Shown: positions 58,150 through 64,000 of the stretch, in pieces
Numbering within the stretch: the first letter of the stretch is position 1
How the letters are laid out: every line of letters starts with the position of its first letter
Source: Camelus ferus
Taxonomy: Eukaryota
Length of the DNA stretch: 64,000 bases
Assembly (NCBI RefSeq): GCF_009834535.1
Contig: NC_045697.1
Span: 64,048,001 to 64,112,000 of the forward strand
Direction of reading: 5' to 3'
Program-made: the position numbers and the translations under genes
The notes under the pieces: model-generated
The model's database searches: none
What the model was told of the DNA's origin: nothing
The model's input: only the letters and a program-made list of their open reading frames with translations

Positions 58150-59200
58150 ATTCTACACTGAAATGTTTGAAAATTGGTGTGGGCCATATTATTAACGGTC
58201 TTGACTTTCAGGATTTTTTTTTTTTTTGAAGTGTTTGTTTTCTATGCAGTCTGAGGTTCAGAAAATTTTTTCTGGCAGTAAAAGTAAGAGTGAATTAGAA
58301 AAAGAAGACCTTAGAGACCAGGTAGCAGGCTATTTGATTATTCTGTTTAAAAGGCTGAAAACCTGAAATGTGTCTAGAAGAGTAGGCATGATGTACAGAA
58401 GAAGATACATCAAGGAGGTGAGAATGCAGGATCATGATTCAGTAGGGTGTTTGGAAATAGAGAAATATATTGGAGATTCCCAGGCTGTGAGAAAGTGGTT
58501 GAAATATTGAAGAGAGTAAAAAGAAAAAAGGAGAAGAGAAGGAAAGAAATATATCAAACTTGATAATGTCTATATTTGGAGGTTAGAGGAGGAAAAGGAA
58601 TTATTTAAAAGACTGAGAAGAGTGGAAGCAGGAATTATGGCAGAGGGATCAGGTATTAATGTAAAGAATAAAAAACCTTCACACTTGCTTGTTTAGGGGC
58701 CAAGTGCAGACCCAGGTGTAGCCTATAAGATGACCTTGCATCTTATTGTCCCAATTGGGACACTGTTAAAAGGAGATACCAAACAATAACCATGCTATAA
58801 AAGTAAGATTGTCCCTGGTATGCTGGATATACAGTCACTTTGGATAAAAGTAGTGAGTTGGGGGACAAGTAGAAGTTATATAGTTGCTAACAAGAGAGTA
58901 AACACTTGGTGAGCTCAGAGTAGGGAATAGAGAATAAAATCAAGAGTACAAGCAGAATAATCAGTTGTGATAAGAAAGGGAGAGTGTTCTTCCTAAACAT
59001 CAATAGCAAAGTTAGAGTAGGAACACAATGACCCAGTGGCATTTATAAATGAAAAAGAGGCCATTGAAAGGCTTCCCTTTAGAAAATCTCCATCATTTCA
59101 GAAAAGTAGGCCAGGAGGCCAGCTAATGAAAGTGAAAGGTGGAGTTGGAGACTTGAAGATGCCTGAAAACTTTTCTAAGGACCACTCTTGGAAATGTTGC
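58150..59200 (-). mobile_element. LINE-2 fragments, interrupted by a MER81-like MITE
   Basis: Purine-rich reverse L2-like text (ttagagaccaggtagcaggctatt, tttggaggttagaggaggaaaagg). Boundaries approximate. Confidence 0.55.
58726..58842. mobile_element. MER81-like hAT-Blackjack MITE
   Basis: taagatgacc...ttgtcccaattgggacactg...ttgtccctgg...ggatatacagtcactt, with decayed TAGGGTGACC-type inverted ends. Confidence 0.6.
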
Positions 59201-59294
59201 AGGAAGTCATTATACATTCTAAATGCAAATGTCACCAACCATGATCAAGGTCCCACATAGATTTTTGACTCTCCAGCAAGATAAATAACTTAAA

Positions 59295-59515
59295 ATAATA
59301 GCTACCATCTATTGATTATTTACTGTGTGCTCTAGTCTAAGTGTTTTACTTGAGTAACTTTATTTTAATCTCAAAACAATCCTATGAAATAGAGATTGTG
59401 AGGATACTGAGGAACAGAGTGTGTAATAGTAACCACACAGCTAGAATGTAAGGAGTCATGATTCAAATTTAGCCAATCTGGCTTCAGAGCCCAAGGTCTT
59501 GACCGCTGAGTGCTC
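59295..59515 (-). mobile_element. MIR SINE
   Basis: aataatagctaccatctattgattatttactgtgtgc...ttttaatctcaaaacaatcctatgaaatag...tctggcttcagagccc. Confidence 0.85.
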
Positions 59516-60637
59516 TGACTCTCAAGGTACTTGTTTAACTAAGTTCTGAGGTCATAAACACATTTCCGAATAGTATTCATTCCTAGAAGCAAGTAAAAAG
59601 GTTTCCCAAGATTATGCACCAATCTAAGGAAAGCCAAAGGGAAAGCGTTGGCCAGGCTAAGTGTTTCTCACTGGCTGTGTTTGCTGAGGTTTCCATCATG
59701 ATCTGAAATGATACTGTCATTTGATGCCAAGAGGGCTCTAGTCTGTCTGTCACAGGAAGGTTTATACTATATTGGCCTATAGTTCTACAGAAGAAAAGAT
59801 GATTTTAGTCTGTAGGGTATCATTTACTAGCATGGTGTTTTCAGCACTTCAAAGAATATCAATCAGGAATCCCTGAAAGCTGAAATGTGCCTTCCTGAAG
59901 TGAGCAAGCTGGTACAATAATTCTTAAATCCTTTGTTGTGGTGGAGGAAATTTCTATGGGTTTCATCATAAAAAAATATTTTATACTACAGCTAGCAAAA
60001 AACCCTATCAATCTGAGATCTAACATTAGTTTTTTATGGTTTGGTTGCTAGGTAATAAATGCACATTGAAAAATGCAGTTTGTGGGGAAAAAAATGCCTC
60101 AATAAAGAGAATTCCCCTAAGGTTTGGGATGACAATCCCGACTAATATTTTACATTAAAAAAATCAGATACAGGAGCTCCTAAGAAAATTACAAAGTTCA
60201 CCACAGCTTTCTAGAAAAGGTAATGCTTAGCATCTTTACATTCCTTTTGTCCACACCTTGCACAGTGCTTGATCTACAATAAGTGAACAATAATTATCAA
60301 ATAATGTCTATTTCCATTTTGTAAATTCAAACTGTATGGACTACTAAATGAACATGGTTTTTGTTATGTTATTTTCTTTTAAAAGATCTTTTTCCATTAA
60401 AATTGATAGATTTATGTACAGCTGATGAGATTATATGTATTTAATTGACATTTGCATCTGAAAGTGGTGAATTTTCATATGCAGGTAATGTTATTCAGTC
60501 ATCAATTGGTCAGGATGACTTTGATACATACTAATTACTCTCTGGAAAACTAATATCTTAAGGTCAAATATCACATTTTTAAAAATCTCTATAATTTATA
60601 GAATTCAAGAGGCCAGTAGTGAATGTGGTATAGAGAA

Positions 60638-60946
60638 CAGGGATTACAAAATCAAACATCAACAGGTGCCTGGAGGTAACAAAATGAGTGAAGGAATGGG
60701 TGCAGAATGAGGTAGGCATGGAGTTTCAATGGCAAGCTGTAGGAGAGGCTGTCTAAAGAGGGTGGGTATTACTAGTGTCACAGACCTTTGCTGTAAGTGA
60801 TTATTTTAAAAGGGATTCTGAAAGAGTTGATTTTAATGTGAAATCTCCTGATTTTTTTTAATACGTTCAATAACATTTAAAATATTATATAAGAAAAAAA
60901 CTACCCTTGGAGAATTCATAGCCAGGGCTGGCAGTTAATTACTTCT
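60638..60946. mobile_element. MER102-like hAT-Charlie element
   Basis: gggattacaaaatcaaacatcaacagg..., tgattttaatgtgaaatctcctgatttttttaa, ...ggctggcagtt. Confidence 0.55.
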
Positions 60947-61579
60947 AAGTATAGAGTTCAGAGTCCCTCTAAATTGTGGTTGCAGTCTTGGCAGGTAAAG
61001 GTGTTGAAACTTACTCTAAAATTTGTTATGCCTTCTTTGTACTTGTTGAATCAACTCCTATTTTCATTAAATGTTTTATAAATTTCCTAATTTGCTTCTT
61101 ATTGTACTTAAACCACAATCTGAAATCCTCTAAAGAACACTTGAAAGATTGAAGCGGAATTAAGTAATGAAAGTTATGGTCTTTCTTCTTAAAAGGGAAA
61201 ACATGATTGATGTTTCAGAGTTAAAGCTCCTTTCTGGAGAATGTCCCTGCCAGAGGAGTATTTTTGGTTTGTTAGTGTATTCCCTAATCAGTATAAAAAT
61301 ATAAAGGTCACAAATAGCCTGCAAAGAAAATCTTATCAAATTTTTATTCACTTTCAACTTTGCAGATGGCCATATATATAACTATTGTAATTGCCAGGAT
61401 TTTAACATTAAAAACTCATTTACCTAAAGCCTGTGAAGTCTTAAGGCACTGACGCTTTTCGGAAGATTGAATTTAAATGTTCTTAAGTGAATAAAATGAA
61501 TGATTCTAAACTTAGTTGTAATATAAACTGACAATGTTAAAAACGAATCCTGCAAATGCTATAAAAATTTTAGAAGATT

Positions 61580-62680
61580 ATTATTAAAAGTAAGAGTTGC
61601 TTAAGAAAGTGAAAATGAGAAGCTAGAGACAGGGAGAAATCTTTGCAAAAGATGTATCAGATAAAGGACTTGTGTCCAAAATATACAAAGAGCTCATAAA
61701 ACTCAGTGGAAGCAAATGGCCTGATTAAAAAATGGGCTAAAGACCTGAACAGAGATCTCACTGAAAAAGATATACAGATGGCAAATAAGCAGTTGAAAGA
61801 TGCTCAACATCATATGTCATTAGGGAACTGCAAATTAAAACAGTGAAATACCATTACACACCTATGAATTCGAATGGCAAAAATTCAACACACTGACAAC
61901 ACCATATGCTGGTAAGGATATGGAGCGATAGGAACTCATTCTTTGCTGGCAGGGGTTCAAAATGGTACAGCCACTTTGGAAAACAGTATGGCAGTTTCTT
62001 ACAAACTAAACATACTCTTACCAAATGATCCATCAATTGAATTCCTTAATATTTAAACAAACAAGTTGAAAACTTATAACCTGCCAATGGATGTTTATAA
62101 TAGCTTTATTCAATATGGCCAAAACTTGCAAGTAAACAAGATGTCTTTCAATAGGTGAATGGGTAAAGAAAATATGGTCTATTCATACAATGGAATATTG
62201 TTCAGTGATAAAAAGAAATGAGGTAACAAGTCACAAAAACACATGGATAAATATGTATTGCTAAATAAATGAAGCCACTCTGATAAGGCTACATCCTGTT
62301 TGATTCCAAATATATGACAAAGCTACATTATGGAGATAGCAAAAAAAATCAGCGGTTCGTGGGGAGGGTAGAAGGGATGAATAGGTAGAGTACAGAGGAT
62401 ATTTAGGTCACTGAAACTATTGTGTGTGATACTGTAATGGTGGATATGTATCAGTAAGCATTTGTCAAATCCACAGAATGCCCAAGAGTGAACCCCAATG
62501 TAAGCCATAAGAATATATAAATATTCATTCCTCTATTGTAACAAATACGCTACACAAATGCAAGATGTTAGTAACTGAGGAAATTGTGAGAAGATGAAGA
62601 GCATAAGGGAACTTTAGTTTTTGCTCAATTTTTCTGTAAATCTGAAACTGCTTTAAAAATAGACTATCAATTTTTAAGAA
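61580..62680 (+). mobile_element. Old L1 (L1MC-like) ORF2 C-terminus and 3' UTR
   Basis: gggagaaatctttgcaaaagatgtatcagataaaggacttg, cattagggaactgcaaattaaaac, caagagtgaaccccaatgtaagc, gctcaatttttctgtaaatctgaaactgctttaaaaat. Confidence 0.9.
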
Positions 62681-64000
62681 AGATGGCAGTCAAGCAAAAA
62701 CTTCAGTTTAAGGAAAAGTCCTCAATCTGTATGCATTTCCCATATACTAAGGTCAATTCTTTTTTCAGATAAAGAAAATTTCTTTTCTCAATCAAAATAT
62801 GTTTTAATAAAGCTGAGCCATGTTATCCAACTATATAAGTAGATAAAATATTCATGTCTTACATTGAAATAACATGAGATTTTGGAAACGGAAATGTATT
62901 TACTTATAATTTATTGATGTATGTCTTTTATAGTCTTGAATAATCAATTGGAAAAATATAATACTTTAACAATCAGCTCATAACTAATTGTCAATAAATA
63001 TTTTTATTGATAAATAAAATTTATTTCTTTAAAAAAGCAATAGTTGTTACAATTTTTATAGGAAGGTTTCTGAGAGGAGAAAAACATTTTTAGATCTCTT
63101 ATATAACATAATTTGTATTTTTACTATTTTTCTTATAATATTGGATAACTCATATTCTAAGTGAATTTACTTTTAAATTGCAATCAATAAAAAGTGAATT
63201 TTAGAATTTAGAATGCACAGAGGCATTCTGAAATTTATTTATGATATAAATTGATAGTACACATAACCTGGTGGATAATATATGGTTAGGCACATATTCA
63301 GCTGAGATATGTGTATGCATATACAGAAAATAGATGCGCAAGATATGGTGTACTAATGCACAGAAACACAGCTAATACAGTTCTTCAGTTCTAAGACACA
63401 CTATTTTTTCTCTAAAATTTCAATGTATCTTAAAATTAAAAGCAAGTTATATTAGGTAAATATCAATTATCACATTGTTAAGATTGTATGCATTGAATAT
63501 TTTGAGCTTGAGCTCATTTTCATTGGGACACTTTTGGTAATGGGAGTTTCCAGTTCTATTTTAAAAGATGCAAGATCAATACCCAGTTAGGAAAGAATGT
63601 TTTATTTCAGTTGTGAACTTCAGTGGGGATACTGGAAGAGAGAATGGAGACAGAGGGTATACAAGGACATGAAGAGTGTTTCTCCAGTTTTCAGTTTATC
63701 ATCTAGATGCTTTGTTCTTCCATGCATAGTTGCTGTATCTAAAGTGCTATGCCAGGTCTTGGATTAATTGTTAAAGGAAAATGGAACCTGGATTCATGTT
63801 TTAAAGGAGCTTGGAGTCTACTGATAATGACAGATCGTAGGACATGTTATGTAACATTTGACAACTTCAACAGAATCTTAAGTCTTTTCATTTTATATAC
63901 AGATGAGTGCTAAAGTTTGTATTTATTTGATTGTAACTTCGTGGTATTAATCTGCGACATGTATTAGAGGAAAGGGAATATTAAACAAAAATTTAAAGAT

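Overview
AT-rich, repeat-dense placental mammal genomic DNA, not prokaryotic: no operons, CRISPR arrays, rRNA or tRNA genes were found. The 3' UTR of the youngest LINE-1 resembles cetartiodactyl (possibly camelid) L1, and I saw no Alu, B1, SINEC, Bov-tA or PRE1 SINEs; the taxon is an inference. The only real coding sequence is the terminal coding exon of CCSER1 (FAM190A) on the + strand at 26267-26752, followed by a ~2.7 kb 3' UTR. Upstream (1-26266) is the end of its last intron; downstream is intergenic. The rest is transposon debris (L1, L2, MIR, Tigger2, MER20, MER5, MLT1, LTR16) plus a near full-length TPM3 (Tpm3.1-type) processed pseudogene nested in a ~14.7 kb all-sense L1 stack. The most unusual structures are: (1) a ~260 bp, ~96% identical inverted duplication made of ancient L2 sequence in the CCSER1 intron; (2) a 5'-intact, ORF1-only L1 without a poly(A) tail but with a CpG-decayed target-site duplication; (3) an L1 whose 5' UTR is fused directly to the RT region at an AG, suggesting a spliced retrotransposed L1. 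I see no evidence for a new protein-coding system. Repeat subfamily names come from recalled consensus motifs, and most repeat boundaries are approximate.
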